DNA of 64,000 bases, taken from a bacterium. Its GTDB lineage: Bacteria; Lindowbacteria; 2-12-FULL-62-27. The notes below the pieces were generated by a model. The model was not told the DNA's origin. It was given only the letters and a program-made list of their open reading frames with translations, and ran no database searches. The DNA lies in contig JACQOF010000127.1 of NCBI GenBank assembly GCA_016202645.1, forward strand, positions 3,781 to 67,780. Direction: 5' to 3'. Numbering within the stretch: the stretch's first letter is position 1; each line of letters starts with the position of its first letter. Below are positions 38,679-50,658 of the stretch, one piece after another. The position numbers and the translations under genes are program-made.

Positions 38679-39893
38679 TCATGAGGGTATCTCCCTCTCA
38701 GAAATTCCCGCCGGGCTGAATACCGGCAGGGTCACGACAAACCGGGCGCCCCGGGGGATATCCGTATCTCCGAATAGAGTCTCCGCCGTCACGGTTCCGC
38801 CGTGGGCTTCGATGATGCCGCGGACGATCGACAAGCCCAGTCCCGCGCCCTTGATCGGGCCGCCCGGTTTTTGCCGGCCCCGATAAAATTTATCGAAAAT
38901 ATGCGGGAGGTCGGCGGGATCGATGCCCGGACCGTCATCCAAGACTTGAATTTGGCATCCGTCCCGGCCGCCGATGAGAATGATCTGTACGCGACGGGCC
39001 GCGAAGCGGACGGCGTTGTGAATGAGATTGACGACGGCCTGTTCCAGGCGGTCTCGATCGACCATCGCCCAGAACCCCGACCCGTTCGAGTCAGAGGGCC
39101 GGTCGGCATCCCATCCGTCCGTGGCCGCCCATTCCAGATGAATGCCGTGATGTTGGGCCAGGGTTGACTGGGCATGGCAGGCCGACCGGACCACCTCCCG
39201 AAGATCGGTCCATGCCGGACGGATATCGAAGCGGCCGGAGTCCATTCGGGAGAGATCAAAGACATCGGAGGAAAGGCGCAGGATTCGCTCGAGGTTTCGG
39301 CGGATGATCGCCGCGTAGGCCGGGCCTGCCGCGCCGGTTTGCCGGATCGTCCCCTCGATGAGGTCCAGCGCGCCGAGGGCGGATGAGATGGGATTATTGA
39401 GCTCGTGACCGATCATGGCGAGAAACTCGTTTTTCAGACCGTCAATTTCCAGTCTGCGCGTCTGGGCCTCCCGCAACTCCTGGAAAGCTTTCTTGCATAC
39501 CAGTTGGGCCTGGATGCGGGCCAGCACGACCGGGACGTCGAAGGGTTTGATGACGTAATCGTTCGCGCCGGCCGCCAGGCTGTCCAGGATGGCCGGGCGG
39601 CTCCGGTTACCGGTGACGACGATAACCGGCATGTCAGACGCCGCGTGATCCGCCCGAATTTTTTTCAGAATGTCGATCCCGTCCGCATCCGGAAGGCGCA
39701 GGTCCAGAAGAACCAGATCGAACGACCTCTGCCGGACTTGGGCAAGCGCCTCCTCTCCCCCCTCTGCGGTCGTAACCGTGTATCGCGCCTTCCAGAGAGT
39801 ATGCGAAAGCAGTTTCAAAATGGCCGGATCGTCATCCACCACCATGACGTGGGATTCGCCGGCCTGGTGTTCCACCAATGTTCCATTGTCCAT
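38679..39893 (-). CDS. Hybrid sensor kinase REC-HisKA-HATPase
   Basis: VDDD, LDLRLP, HELNNP, NLIHNA, DDGPG, GAGLGL. Confidence 0.92.
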   Translation of the reverse strand: MDNGTLVEHQAGESHVMVVDDDPAILKLLSHTLWKARYTVTTAEGGEEALAQVRQRSFDLVLLDLRLPDADGIDILKKIRADHAASDMPVIVVTGNRSRPAILDSLAAGANDYVIKPFDVPVVLARIQAQLVCKKAFQELREAQTRRLEIDGLKNEFLAMIGHELNNPISSALGALDLIEGTIRQTGAAGPAYAAIIRRNLERILRLSSDVFDLSRMDSGRFDIRPAWTDLREVVRSACHAQSTLAQHHGIHLEWAATDGWDADRPSDSNGSGFWAMVDRDRLEQAVVNLIHNAVRFAARRVQIILIGGRDGCQIQVLDDGPGIDPADLPHIFDKFYRGRQKPGGPIKGAGLGLSIVRGIIEAHGGTVTAETLFGDTDIPRGARFVVTLPVFSPAGISEREIPS

Positions 39894-39918
39894 TGCTCAC
39901 CTCCGAGTACATGGAGTG

Positions 39919-39935
39919 AGCAAGAATCGGGCCGG
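39919..39935 (-). promoter_or_regulatory. Candidate sigma54 promoter
   Basis: Minus strand CCGGCCCGATTCTTGCT (GG-N10-GC); repeated (G)TTAAG motifs at about 40008-40066 upstream; GGAGG RBS downstream. Confidence 0.65.
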
Positions 39936-40048
39936 AAGCCCCGGCGGATGATAAAAAAATCAATTCGGTCGAAATCAGGAAATTATGGACGGGCCGGATC
40001 CGGCCGCGCGGATTAAGGCGGCGGATGTTAAGGCGCGGACGTTAAGAA

Positions 40049-41446
40049 TTAAGTCTGACTGTTAAGCTGAATGTCGAATCGGCGGATTTTTTTCCACAAG
40101 GTGACCCGGCTGATGCCGAGTTGTTTCGCCGCGACGGTCCGGCTGCCGCCGGCTGCTTGAAGAGCGGAAATGATCCGCTCCCGTTCCTGACGGTCATCCC
40201 CGGAAAGAACGTCCTCGGACTCCGGTTCATGCCGGACAGACACGGGCGTTCGGATTTCGCTGGGAAGATCTTCGAGCCTGATCCGGTCGCCCGTCACGGT
40301 GACGAAGGCGCGCTCCACCGCGTTCCTCAGTTCGCGGATGTTGCCGGGCCAGGCATACTCCATCATCCGCCGGAGGGCCTGCGGGTCAATGCCCTTGACC
40401 GGTTTTTGAAACGTCCGCGAAAACTCCGAGATGAAATGGCCGACGAGGAGCGGGACATCCTCCTGCCGGGACCGGAGCGGCGGGATGAGAATTTCAAACA
40501 CCCGGATCCGGTAATAAAAATCCTCCCGGATCGCGCCGCTGGACAGCAGGGCCGGGAGGTCCCGGTTCGTCGCGCAGATCAGCCGCACGTCGACCTTGAC
40601 CGGGCGCTCGTCTCCGACCCGCTGGACCTCTTTTTCCTGAAGCGTCCGAAGGAGCTTCACTTGAAGGTTCGGCGACATGTCGCCGACTTCGTCCAGAAAC
40701 AGGGTCCCGCTGTCCGCCGCGCGGAAAACGCCGGCGCGGTCCCGGATTGCGCCCGTAAAGGCGCCCTTGACGTGGCCGAAGAGTTCGCTTTCCAGAAGCG
40801 TTTCGGGGATGGCCGAACAGTTGATGCCCAGAAACGGGCGGGTCTTCCGGGCGCTTTGCGCGTGAATGGCCCGCGCGGCCAGCTCCTTGCCTGTGCCGGA
40901 TTCGCCCAGGATCAGGACGCTCACGGCGCTCTCGGACGCCAGCCGGATCCGGCGGAACACCTCCTGCATTGCGTCGCTCCGGCCGTCCAGCCCCTCGAAC
41001 ACGACCCGGCTCTTCGACTGCTCCTCGAGCAGCGTGATCCGCTCGTTGGCTTCGGCCAATACCGTCCGGTCGAGCACCCGCCGCTCGGCGATCGCCAGCC
41101 GGACCTTGAACAATTTCATCTCGATGGGCTTGGCCACATAGTCGTCCGCGCCGGCGTCCAGCACGGCCTGCAAATCTTCCGCGCTGTTTTTGGACGTCAC
41201 CACCACGACCGTGCAGTACGGCCCGTGGTCATGCGCGCGGATGTTGCGGCACATCTCAAGGCCGCCCATCCCGGGCAAAACCAAGTCGAGAACCACCAGC
41301 GGATCACGCTCCTTCTGGAAGCCCTCCCAGGCATCCTCGGCCCGCGTAAAGGAGTCCACCGCATGTCCCGCGTCTTTCAGCACCGTCTCCAGAAGGCGGC
41401 GCATGGGATCGTCGTCCTCGACCAGCAGGGTTTTGTATCGGTTCAT
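40049..41446 (-). CDS. Sigma54-dependent activator (NtrC family REC-AAA+-Fis HTH)
   Basis: GESGTGKE, ESELFGHVKGAFTGA, FLDEVG, WPGNIREL, LGISRVTLWKK. Confidence 0.96.
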   Translation of the reverse strand: MNRYKTLLVEDDDPMRRLLETVLKDAGHAVDSFTRAEDAWEGFQKERDPLVVLDLVLPGMGGLEMCRNIRAHDHGPYCTVVVVTSKNSAEDLQAVLDAGADDYVAKPIEMKLFKVRLAIAERRVLDRTVLAEANERITLLEEQSKSRVVFEGLDGRSDAMQEVFRRIRLASESAVSVLILGESGTGKELAARAIHAQSARKTRPFLGINCSAIPETLLESELFGHVKGAFTGAIRDRAGVFRAADSGTLFLDEVGDMSPNLQVKLLRTLQEKEVQRVGDERPVKVDVRLICATNRDLPALLSSGAIREDFYYRIRVFEILIPPLRSRQEDVPLLVGHFISEFSRTFQKPVKGIDPQALRRMMEYAWPGNIRELRNAVERAFVTVTGDRIRLEDLPSEIRTPVSVRHEPESEDVLSGDDRQERERIISALQAAGGSRTVAAKQLGISRVTLWKKIRRFDIQLNSQT

Positions 41447-41453
41447 GAAACCG

Positions 41454-42768
41454 TCAGAGATATTCTTTCATCCCGTCGAAGCCATGCGCGGCGGTCGCCG
41501 GGCAGTCCAGTTCTTTCAGAAGACGCCGGGTGAGGTTGAGTTTGCGCTGGAGGAAATCGTCGTCATGCAGAGGGTCGTGATGGGTGACGATCCACCGTTT
41601 GACCCGCGCGACTTTGGCGAAGAGACATCCATTGGAGAGCGACGAATGGCCCCAGCCGATCTTCGAGCGGTATTCGTCGTTCAGGTACTGGGACTCGCCG
41701 ATGAGTACGTCGGCGTCCGAGGCGAACCGGATCAGTTTCTGGTACGGAAACAGAAGTTCGGGCTCTTTGGCGGCCGACGACGGGTGACCCAAGAAACCCT
41801 TGAGGAACTCGTTGTCGCTCGCGTAGACGATCGTTTTTCCGTCGACCTCAATCTTGTATCCGACCGTCGCCCCCGGATGGTGCGTGAATTCCGCCGTCAC
41901 CGAGCACCGGCCGATCCGGACGGGCTTGTCGTCCAGGTGCCGGAACTCGATCCCGGCGCGCATGTCTTCGATCTGCACCGGAAAATAATCCCGGTCGAGC
42001 TGGCCCCGGAAGATCGATTTTAAATCCTTGCCGAACCCGGACGCGCCGTAGATGATCAATTCAAAACCGGGCACGTAGGCCGGGATGAAGAATGGAAATC
42101 CCTGGATATGGTCCCAATGGGTATGCGTGACGAAGATGTGGATCCGCCGGGGTTTCTGGGAAACAAGCGTCATGCCGAGTTCACGGATCCCGGTGCCCGC
42201 GTCAAAGACGAGCAGGTCGTCCCCCGAGGAAAGTTCCATGCAGGAGGTGTTGCCGCCGTGGCGCGCGTATTTCTGACCGGAGACCGGAACAGAACCGCGC
42301 GTTCCCCAGAGGCGGTAGAAAAGATCGCCGGTTTCGAGCGCGGGCAGATACGGCTCGCCGGCCGGGCCCGCGGATGGCGCCGCCGTGCCGGCGGAATCGG
42401 ACGACGGAACACCCGAGAAAAAATCCCGGATCTTGCGGATAAACTCTCCAGGCTCGAACGGCTTGACGATGACGGCGGCCGCCCCGGCATCGTGGGCATG
42501 GTCCAAGTCCGGCTTGTAACTTTTCGCGCTGCACACCATCACCCCGATCGATCGCGTCTCCGGATCGGCCTTGAGGCGCTTCAGGGCGTCCAAGCCGTGC
42601 AGTTTCGGCATCATGATGTCGAGAATGATGAGATCCGGCCGGAATGTTCCGACCTTCTCGATACACGCCTCCCCGTCCTCCGCTGTTTCGACGGTGTAGC
42701 CCTGTTTGACCAGAAGGCCCACCATCAGTCTCGACATCGCCTCGGTGTCTTCCGCCACGAGAATTTTT

Positions 42769-42776
<8 letters not shown>
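41454..42776 (-). CDS. REC + metallo-beta-lactamase-fold hydrolase
   Basis: LDIMMP REC; WGTRGS, GGNTSC, DAGTG, THTHWDHIQG, GWGHS, HHDP. Confidence 0.88.
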
Positions 42777-44667
<1,891 letters not shown>

Positions 44668-44754
44668 GCGCCTCGAAACGCGCGATCCGATACATTTGCA
44701 CCGAGGTTAACAAGGCATGGAGACTTGTTCAATACAATCATCGTAGGATACACC

Positions 44755-44898
44755 AGCAAATTGAATGCCGGGCGAACACCGGGTCGGAGAAGTAAAAAAA
44801 TATAGTCTGTATATCAAAAACTTACAAAAATAGAATTTATATTCTCCGTGATCTCTGTGGCTAATAAGGGGGTTTTCAGCACCTTGTTAACGTTAACA
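44755..44898 (-). promoter_or_regulatory. Sigma54 promoter with IHF site and palindromic upstream activator site
   Basis: Minus strand CCGGCATTCAATTTGCT (44755-44771); TATCAAAAACTTA (44812-44824) fits WATCAANNNNTTR; palindrome TGTTAACGTTAACA (44885-44898). Confidence 0.72.
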
Positions 44899-44906
44899 CG
44901 TAAACC

Positions 44907-45317
44907 TCAGTGCCGGTCTCGATACGGCTCCGGAGACGGCGGCGGGCCGACTTCGTCCGCGGCGATGGCGCCGTAGACTTGGCCCTGCAGGGGCTCCGGC
45001 ACGTCCGCGCCCCAGCCGCGGCGGTCCACGTCGGCGGCGAAATCGGCGACGCGCTCGCCGAGGTCCGTGGAGTTGACGCCGGCGAAAACCACCGCGTCAA
45101 TCCCCTCCCGGCGCACCACCACCATGTTGCCTTTGGAACACGGCCCGAGACATCCCGTTTTCCGAATGGGAATCTCCGCCCGCCCGGACATTTTGAGCCG
45201 CGCCTGCAAGGCCCCCCGGATCCGGTCGACCGGCTCGCGTTTCGGCTTCCACTTCTGATCGACCGCCGTGACGCCGCAGCAACATCCGTAACACATCCAC
45301 ACTTCGGTTTGATTCAC
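44907..45317 (-). CDS. Thioredoxin-like (2Fe-2S) ferredoxin
   Basis: CYGCCCG ... TGCLGPCSKGNMVVV. Confidence 0.75.
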   Translation of the reverse strand: MNQTEVWMCYGCCCGVTAVDQKWKPKREPVDRIRGALQARLKMSGRAEIPIRKTGCLGPCSKGNMVVVRREGIDAVVFAGVNSTDLGERVADFAADVDRRGWGADVPEPLQGQVYGAIAADEVGPPPSPEPYRDRH

Positions 45318-45367
45318 GCGTCAATGCTACCACGGCCGACATTGAATCGAAAGCCGCCCGGGGATCG

Positions 45368-46228
45368 TCAGGGCAGGGGGATGTTCTCGAAGACGAACGG
45401 GATTTCCGTTTCGGCGCGGCCGGCGACCCACGAAACCGCGATGCCGAGGATATGCCCGGGTTTTCCATCGTAATCGAATTCCGGGTTGAATTTCAGGACG
45501 TCTCCCGAATAGCCGGTCGACAGGCTCCGGGACGGTATGGATTTGCCGGTCCGCAGTACAAGTTCCCACTCGTACAGATCCTGGAGGCTCTCGTCGAAGG
45601 ATTCCAGTGAGCGGCCGTCGATTCGGGCGATGGTCCGGCCGCGGGACTCCTGTACGACCTCCTGAAGCGTCAGCCGGACCATGCCGGCCGCGGCGGCGCG
45701 TTTCGGATCCTCCGGATCGGTGAGCGCAAGAAACGCGGTGTCCCGCGGCGGTTCCCTGAAAAGCGCGGTGATCGATCCCTCCAGACGCTCGATCTCCGTG
45801 GCCTTCCGATCCGGCAGGGGGAGGACAATCTGGACGGTGAAACTGTTGTTGTTTCTGCCAAGCTTCGAGTGGCGGCGACTTTCGTGGAGCGGTAGGAAAT
45901 CCTCCGGCGACGGCTGCCATCCGCGGTCGTATCGCACCGACTGGACTTTCGCGTGGCGGACATATTCGTAAGGCGTGTGATCTGGATCCGTCCGGCACTG
46001 AACCGATATCGTCAGGCTCGGCGGACGGGAGAGATTGACGAAGGAAACATTGGACGTCAGCGTGTGGATCTGCAGGTAAACACCCTGCGAAACGGCGGAG
46101 AGCGAATCGAGGGAGACATCCATCTGCCGGCTTTCGATTTTTCGGGTACGCATACGGGCGGCGGCGGGGTCACACCACGCCGCGAACAGGGCAACGGCCA
46201 AGATCGTCAATAACGCCGAACGGTTCAT
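45368..46228 (-). CDS. Secreted hypothetical protein
   Basis: Signal peptide; ends EIPFVFENIPLP; ATGA-coupled to the anti-sigma gene. Confidence 0.65.
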   Translation of the reverse strand: MNRSALLTILAVALFAAWCDPAAARMRTRKIESRQMDVSLDSLSAVSQGVYLQIHTLTSNVSFVNLSRPPSLTISVQCRTDPDHTPYEYVRHAKVQSVRYDRGWQPSPEDFLPLHESRRHSKLGRNNNSFTVQIVLPLPDRKATEIERLEGSITALFREPPRDTAFLALTDPEDPKRAAAAGMVRLTLQEVVQESRGRTIARIDGRSLESFDESLQDLYEWELVLRTGKSIPSRSLSTGYSGDVLKFNPEFDYDGKPGHILGIAVSWVAGRAETEIPFVFENIPLP

Positions 46229-47478
46229 TCTTCATTCCTCCTTGGGATTCCGGTATTCGTTCGAAACCGGATTTCGATGCGGACGCCGGTCTCGGCGGTC
46301 ATCCGCTGAAAGATTGGGGCAAGGCGGGTCAGGATATCTTGAGGGTCCGGATGGTGGACCGTCCATTCACCCGCGCCGGTGATTTCCATCCGGGCGCCCA
46401 ATTCGCGGACGGCCGTATCGAGCGCCGCGCGGAACGCCGGGGGATCGGCCACCCGAAGGACAACCCGCGCGGGTGTGGCCAGGAGGCTGGGCGCGGGAGC
46501 CGCAGCCGGCGTGGGCGTTCCGTTTGTCCTGGTGTACGCCACGAACATCGGATCCTTGGCGGCCTCGGCGGGGGTGTCAAGATCGGACGATGTCCCCGCA
46601 AACAGCGCGTATCCGGCAGACGCCGGCGCCTCCTTCTTTTCCTGCGGAGTCTGCGGCCCCGCGGGCGGCGGCGCCGATGCGGCGACCTCCGGGCTTTCAG
46701 TCTGGCTGAGACGATCCATGTAGACGCCCTTCGCCTTCATCGCAGTCCTCCGGGTCGCCATCTTTTTCGGCGTGGGTTTCGCCGGTGCCGAAGGCACTGT
46801 TTTCTCCATCGGGAGGATACCCGCGGCCTCCACTCGGTCCTCCTGCCCTTCGACTGAAACGTCAGCCGGTTCGGTGGCCTCCCACACCGATTTCTCTTCA
46901 CTCCTCGCCGGTACTGCCTCGGCGATTTCCGGGGCCGGGGTTTCCCGTACTGTCTCATCCTCCCCCCGTGAGGGGGAGGGCGGGAGGGGGGTGCCCTGAA
47001 TGGATGCGGCGGATGAGCCCCCCCCTTCCAGCTTCCCCCTCAAGGGGGGAAGAGGTTGATGGCGCTCCGCGGGCGGCAGGGATTCGACCGGCAAAACATC
47101 AGCCGTGGGAACCGTCTCCGATGGCGACAGCGGGATATGGGATTCGTCCCGCAACCGGAAAAGGACAACCGCCGTGAGACAGACCATTGCCGCCATCGCC
47201 CAGAGGTGTGGGTTGAAACGGCGGGATGGCGCCGCAACCCGAATGCGCCCGAGGATCTTCTCGTCGAGATTCGCCGGAACCGCCGGTTCCATCCGAAGGC
47301 ACGCCAGAATGTCGCGCGTCTCACGGATGGACGAGAGATCCGCCCGGCAGGCCGCGCAGGATTCCAGATGAGCCTGTATTTCCCGGGTCTCTTCAGCCGT
47401 CAGTCGCCCGTCCAGATATTCTGAAAGCTGTTCGGGTCTTTCGTGAGGATTCATTCGGTTCGTCATCCTGTCGGTCAT
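46225..47478 (-). CDS. Zinc-binding anti-sigma factor (zf-HC2, one TM, long Pro/Ala-rich extracytoplasmic part)
   Basis: LSEYLDGRL...HLESCAAC; TM WAMAAMVCLTAVVLF. Confidence 0.85.
   Translation of the reverse strand: MTDRMTNRMNPHERPEQLSEYLDGRLTAEETREIQAHLESCAACRADLSSIRETRDILACLRMEPAVPANLDEKILGRIRVAAPSRRFNPHLWAMAAMVCLTAVVLFRLRDESHIPLSPSETVPTADVLPVESLPPAERHQPLPPLRGKLEGGGSSAASIQGTPLPPSPSRGEDETVRETPAPEIAEAVPARSEEKSVWEATEPADVSVEGQEDRVEAAGILPMEKTVPSAPAKPTPKKMATRRTAMKAKGVYMDRLSQTESPEVAASAPPPAGPQTPQEKKEAPASAGYALFAGTSSDLDTPAEAAKDPMFVAYTRTNGTPTPAAAPAPSLLATPARVVLRVADPPAFRAALDTAVRELGARMEITGAGEWTVHHPDPQDILTRLAPIFQRMTAETGVRIEIRFRTNTGIPRRNEE
46959..47052. repeat. G/C-run double-hairpin element in-frame within the anti-sigma gene
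   Basis: CCTCCCCC-CGTGA-GGGGGAGG and CTTCCCCC-TCAAG-GGGGGAAG hairpins in mutually inverted arms. Confidence 0.7.
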
Positions 47479-48086
47479 GCGTCCTCCACTTTCACGATGC
47501 CGCGGGCGGCGAATTGTTCCCTCAGTTGTTTTCGCGCGCGGTGCAGGCGGACTTTAAGGTTTTCAAGACTGATCCCGATCGTGGCCGCGGCCTCTTCGTA
47601 AGTCAGGCCTTCCAAGTCCACCATCACGACCGTCTCCGCGAATTCGGCGGGCATCCGCGCAACTTCTTCCATCACCATCCGGCGCCGGTCGACGTCGACG
47701 GCACGCCGCTCCGGGTTGTCCGTGGAAGGGCGGTCGGGAGGACCGTCCGGAAAAAACGCTAGTTTTCTGTTTGATCGGACGTGATCCAGCGCCCGCCGTA
47801 CAGCCATCGTCCGTATCCAGCCGCCAAACGCGGCGGGACGTTCAAGCCTCGGCAGATTCCGCCACGCGCGAAAATACGTTTCCTGCGCGATATCCTCCGC
47901 CAGCGACGCGTCCCCAACAATCCGGCGGGCCGCACCGAATACAATCCGGGACGTCTCCCGGACCAGTTCCGCGAACGCCCCCTCATCGCCCCCACGCGCC
48001 ATGCCCACAAGTCCTTCCATCCGTTCCATCCGCAAATCCGCCATCGGATCCCAAGGTAGCAGGGGCCAACTCGCGGTCAAGGCCAA
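47475..48086 (-). CDS. ECF sigma factor (start may be ATG 48044)
   Basis: GDEGAFAELV, AEDIAQETY, WIRTMAVR, GLTYEEAA, KVRLHRAR. Confidence 0.92.
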   Translation of the reverse strand: MALTASWPLLPWDPMADLRMERMEGLVGMARGGDEGAFAELVRETSRIVFGAARRIVGDASLAEDIAQETYFRAWRNLPRLERPAAFGGWIRTMAVRRALDHVRSNRKLAFFPDGPPDRPSTDNPERRAVDVDRRRMVMEEVARMPAEFAETVVMVDLEGLTYEEAAATIGISLENLKVRLHRARKQLREQFAARGIVKVEDA

Positions 48087-48087
48087 T

Positions 48088-48154
48088 TCAGCGGAGCCTT
48101 AAGGCTCCGCTGATGATATCCCCCTGGGTATACACGGAGGAGCCTTAAGGCTCC
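48088..48154. repeat. Pair of GGAGCCTTAAGGCTCC palindromes (REP-like doublet)
   Basis: Perfect 26-bp TCAGCGGAGCCTTAAGGCTCCGCTGA (48088-48113) and a 16-bp copy (48139-48154). Confidence 0.8.
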
Positions 48155-50433
48155 CCTGCTGGTGCTGCTGGTGCCGGATTCCGCTCCGGCTCCGGCATGA
48201 TCCGCAGGATCCGGCCGTTGTGTTCCATGAGGACGTTTTCGCCCACGCTCAGGTACTTTGCAAGGATTGCGTCGGAAAAGATCAGGTCGTAATACGCGTC
48301 GCTGCCAAAAACGATCGTCTGGATCGGCTTCACGCCTGGGCGGCCGATGAGCGCCGCGTCGGTCCACACGCCGTCCTTCAGGATAAAGGTCTTGTCGCCG
48401 GCGCGGCGGATTTCTTCCGACTCGTTCCGCTCCATTTCATCCAATGACTCAGTCGCCTTGGCCTGCTTGAGCGCACGGCTCGCCTCAAAGGCCGCGACGC
48501 CGTCGGTCCGGCTGTAGGCTCCCGCGAGTTCCGCCTTTCTGGTTGGCTTGGCCTGCGGCACGGACGGCGCCGGAAGGGTCATATCCCCGGCCACCGCGCG
48601 CTCCTTTCGAACGACGGCCGAAGCCGGCCGGCGCGGTTCCCGCGCGCGCTCGCTGAAAGCGAGGCCCTCCGGTTCCTTGACCAGAAACGACGTGTAGGGC
48701 GTGACGATCCCGTGGCGCGTGCCGAGGGTCTTGATTTCCTCGACGAGTTTGGAGTCCTCGCCTTCGTGCCGGATCTGCTCGATAAGATGCGCGACCTTTT
48801 TTCTCGCCCAAAGAGTCGGAATGAAATCGTTGTCCCTCCGGTTTTCCAGGGCCTTTTCGGGAATCCGGATGTACGACCGGACTTCCTCATCGCCCTCCAA
48901 GCCCCGGACGACCACAGAGACCGGGCCGGTTCCGCGTTTGAGTCTTCCGAAGAGAAGAGCGCGGCTGCCGGAAAAGAGAACTTTCGGGACTCGGGGATAA
49001 ATGTCCTCCATCTCGACGCCCTTCCATTCCAGCGTCACCTCGTGCAGAAGCGGCGCGGAGAAGGACCGGTACAAATCCGAGATTTTGACTTCGATGTCCT
49101 CCTTCTCCTCCAGCAAAATCCCCTGCGCGCGGGTCCGGCGCGTCAGGACGTCCAGCAGGACGGCATTCACGTCCACGCCGATTCCGACCGTGAACACGAA
49201 CGGCCCGCCGTCGGTCAGAGACTCAAACGCCGGCTGATCCTTCGGCCCCACTGTGGGCTTGCCGTCCGTCACGAGAAGCACAAACCCGGGCCGGTTGGAT
49301 TTATTGGACAGCGCCTCCCTGGCGATCTGCAGGCCCTCGTGCAGGTTCGTGCCGCCCTCGGCTTCGGTCTCGTCCAGAAAATTTTTGGCTTCCGTCACCG
49401 CCGACGCATCCGCCTTCTTCAATCCCTCCCACACGGGCCGAGCCATGCCCGAAAAAGGGATGAGGGTGAACCGGTCCGAAGGGTTCAGATGTTCGAGAAT
49501 GAACCGGATCGCATTCTTGGCGCTGGCGAGCTTGTCCCCGCTCATGCTGCCCGACACGTCCAGCACGATCGCGACGTCTTTCGGCTCGACCCGGCGGCTT
49601 TCCGGGATCGAGAGCGCCAGCATCCCATACTCGGCGTCGGCGCGGTGGACCAAGAGATCCGCCCGGATGTCCTTGCCCTCGTCAGCGGAGAAATAGACTG
49701 AGAAATCGCGGGTGACCCGCGCGTTCTCCAAGTCGAGACTTATCTTGGCGGTCTGGTCGGACGGCCGGTCCACCTTCACATCGTACTCCGGCACATAGAC
49801 GGTTCGAACCGCCGCATTGGATTTGAGTTCGGTCTTCAGGGAAACCTTTCCCACCGGTTTGGACCCGGCATCGCAGGCCGACAGCGGAAAAACAAACCGG
49901 TCCATCCCGCCGGTCTTGTCGACCGGCGCGACGTACGACAGGGTCACCTTCACGTCCGCGTGCGGCTCGATGGGAAAAATGCTGGCGCGCACAAGACCAT
50001 GCCCCGCATACTCAAGCAGGGCGGGATCGCGCAGACTCCGGACAATTTTTTCGTATATCCCCCGGGCTTCGTCCCGGTCGAGCAGTTCCCCCTTGACCTC
50101 CCGGCCGTTGATCTCCATCGTGAAATCCTTGATCCCGGACTCCGCCGGCACCGGAAACAGATACGTGCCTTCGATCCGCGACCCCGTGGGATTATGAAAA
50201 ACTTCCTCCGACTTCACCCGCGCCACGGCGTTCTCGATGCCGATCCATACCTCCTGCTGTTTTAGATCCAAATAGCGACCGCGGTCCGGCGCGACCGGAA
50301 CCGCAACCCGCCGTTCCGGACGGGGCTGATCCTCGATCACCACAAAGCCTTCGGCCGCCGTCCCCAATGAGAGCCCCGCCATAGCCAGCGCGATTGCCCT
50401 GCCCATCCACATCCATCCCGATCGCTTCAGCAT
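48145..50433 (-). CDS. Secreted VIT + vWA domain protein
   Basis: Signal peptide, FHNP...EGTYLFP VIT, DVSGSM MIDAS, GGTN, TDG, IVTPYTSFLV. Confidence 0.9.
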   Translation of the reverse strand: MLKRSGWMWMGRAIALAMAGLSLGTAAEGFVVIEDQPRPERRVAVPVAPDRGRYLDLKQQEVWIGIENAVARVKSEEVFHNPTGSRIEGTYLFPVPAESGIKDFTMEINGREVKGELLDRDEARGIYEKIVRSLRDPALLEYAGHGLVRASIFPIEPHADVKVTLSYVAPVDKTGGMDRFVFPLSACDAGSKPVGKVSLKTELKSNAAVRTVYVPEYDVKVDRPSDQTAKISLDLENARVTRDFSVYFSADEGKDIRADLLVHRADAEYGMLALSIPESRRVEPKDVAIVLDVSGSMSGDKLASAKNAIRFILEHLNPSDRFTLIPFSGMARPVWEGLKKADASAVTEAKNFLDETEAEGGTNLHEGLQIAREALSNKSNRPGFVLLVTDGKPTVGPKDQPAFESLTDGGPFVFTVGIGVDVNAVLLDVLTRRTRAQGILLEEKEDIEVKISDLYRSFSAPLLHEVTLEWKGVEMEDIYPRVPKVLFSGSRALLFGRLKRGTGPVSVVVRGLEGDEEVRSYIRIPEKALENRRDNDFIPTLWARKKVAHLIEQIRHEGEDSKLVEEIKTLGTRHGIVTPYTSFLVKEPEGLAFSERAREPRRPASAVVRKERAVAGDMTLPAPSVPQAKPTRKAELAGAYSRTDGVAAFEASRALKQAKATESLDEMERNESEEIRRAGDKTFILKDGVWTDAALIGRPGVKPIQTIVFGSDAYYDLIFSDAILAKYLSVGENVLMEHNGRILRIMPEPERNPAPAAPAGEP

Positions 50434-50457
50434 CTCGAAGCGCCTCCATCTGGATTT

Positions 50458-50563
50458 GTTACTATTCAGCCCCCTCCGTCATTCCCGCGAAAGAGGGAAT
50501 CCAGATTGATTTGCGATTAGTCTGGATTCCCGCTTTCGCGGGAATGACGACCTGAATAGTCAC
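50458..50563. mobile_element. MITE copy 3 (GTAAC-type TIRs, 8-bp TSD)
   Basis: GTTACTATTCAG...CTGAATAGTCAC flanked by CTGGATTT on both sides (50450-50457, 50564-50571). Confidence 0.88.
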
Positions 50564-50594
50564 CTGGATTTTATCGTATTTCCCCTACAGGGAT

Positions 50595-50623
50595 AAGACG
50601 CCGGAGGGCCAAAAAAAGTTACA
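50595..50623 (-). promoter_or_regulatory. Candidate ECF-sigma promoter for the VIT/vWA-ECF operon
   Basis: Minus strand TGTAAC-N17-CGTCTT. Confidence 0.6.
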
Positions 50624-50658
50624 AAAAGATTTTTGGGGTAAGATAGGATGAACCCGCA

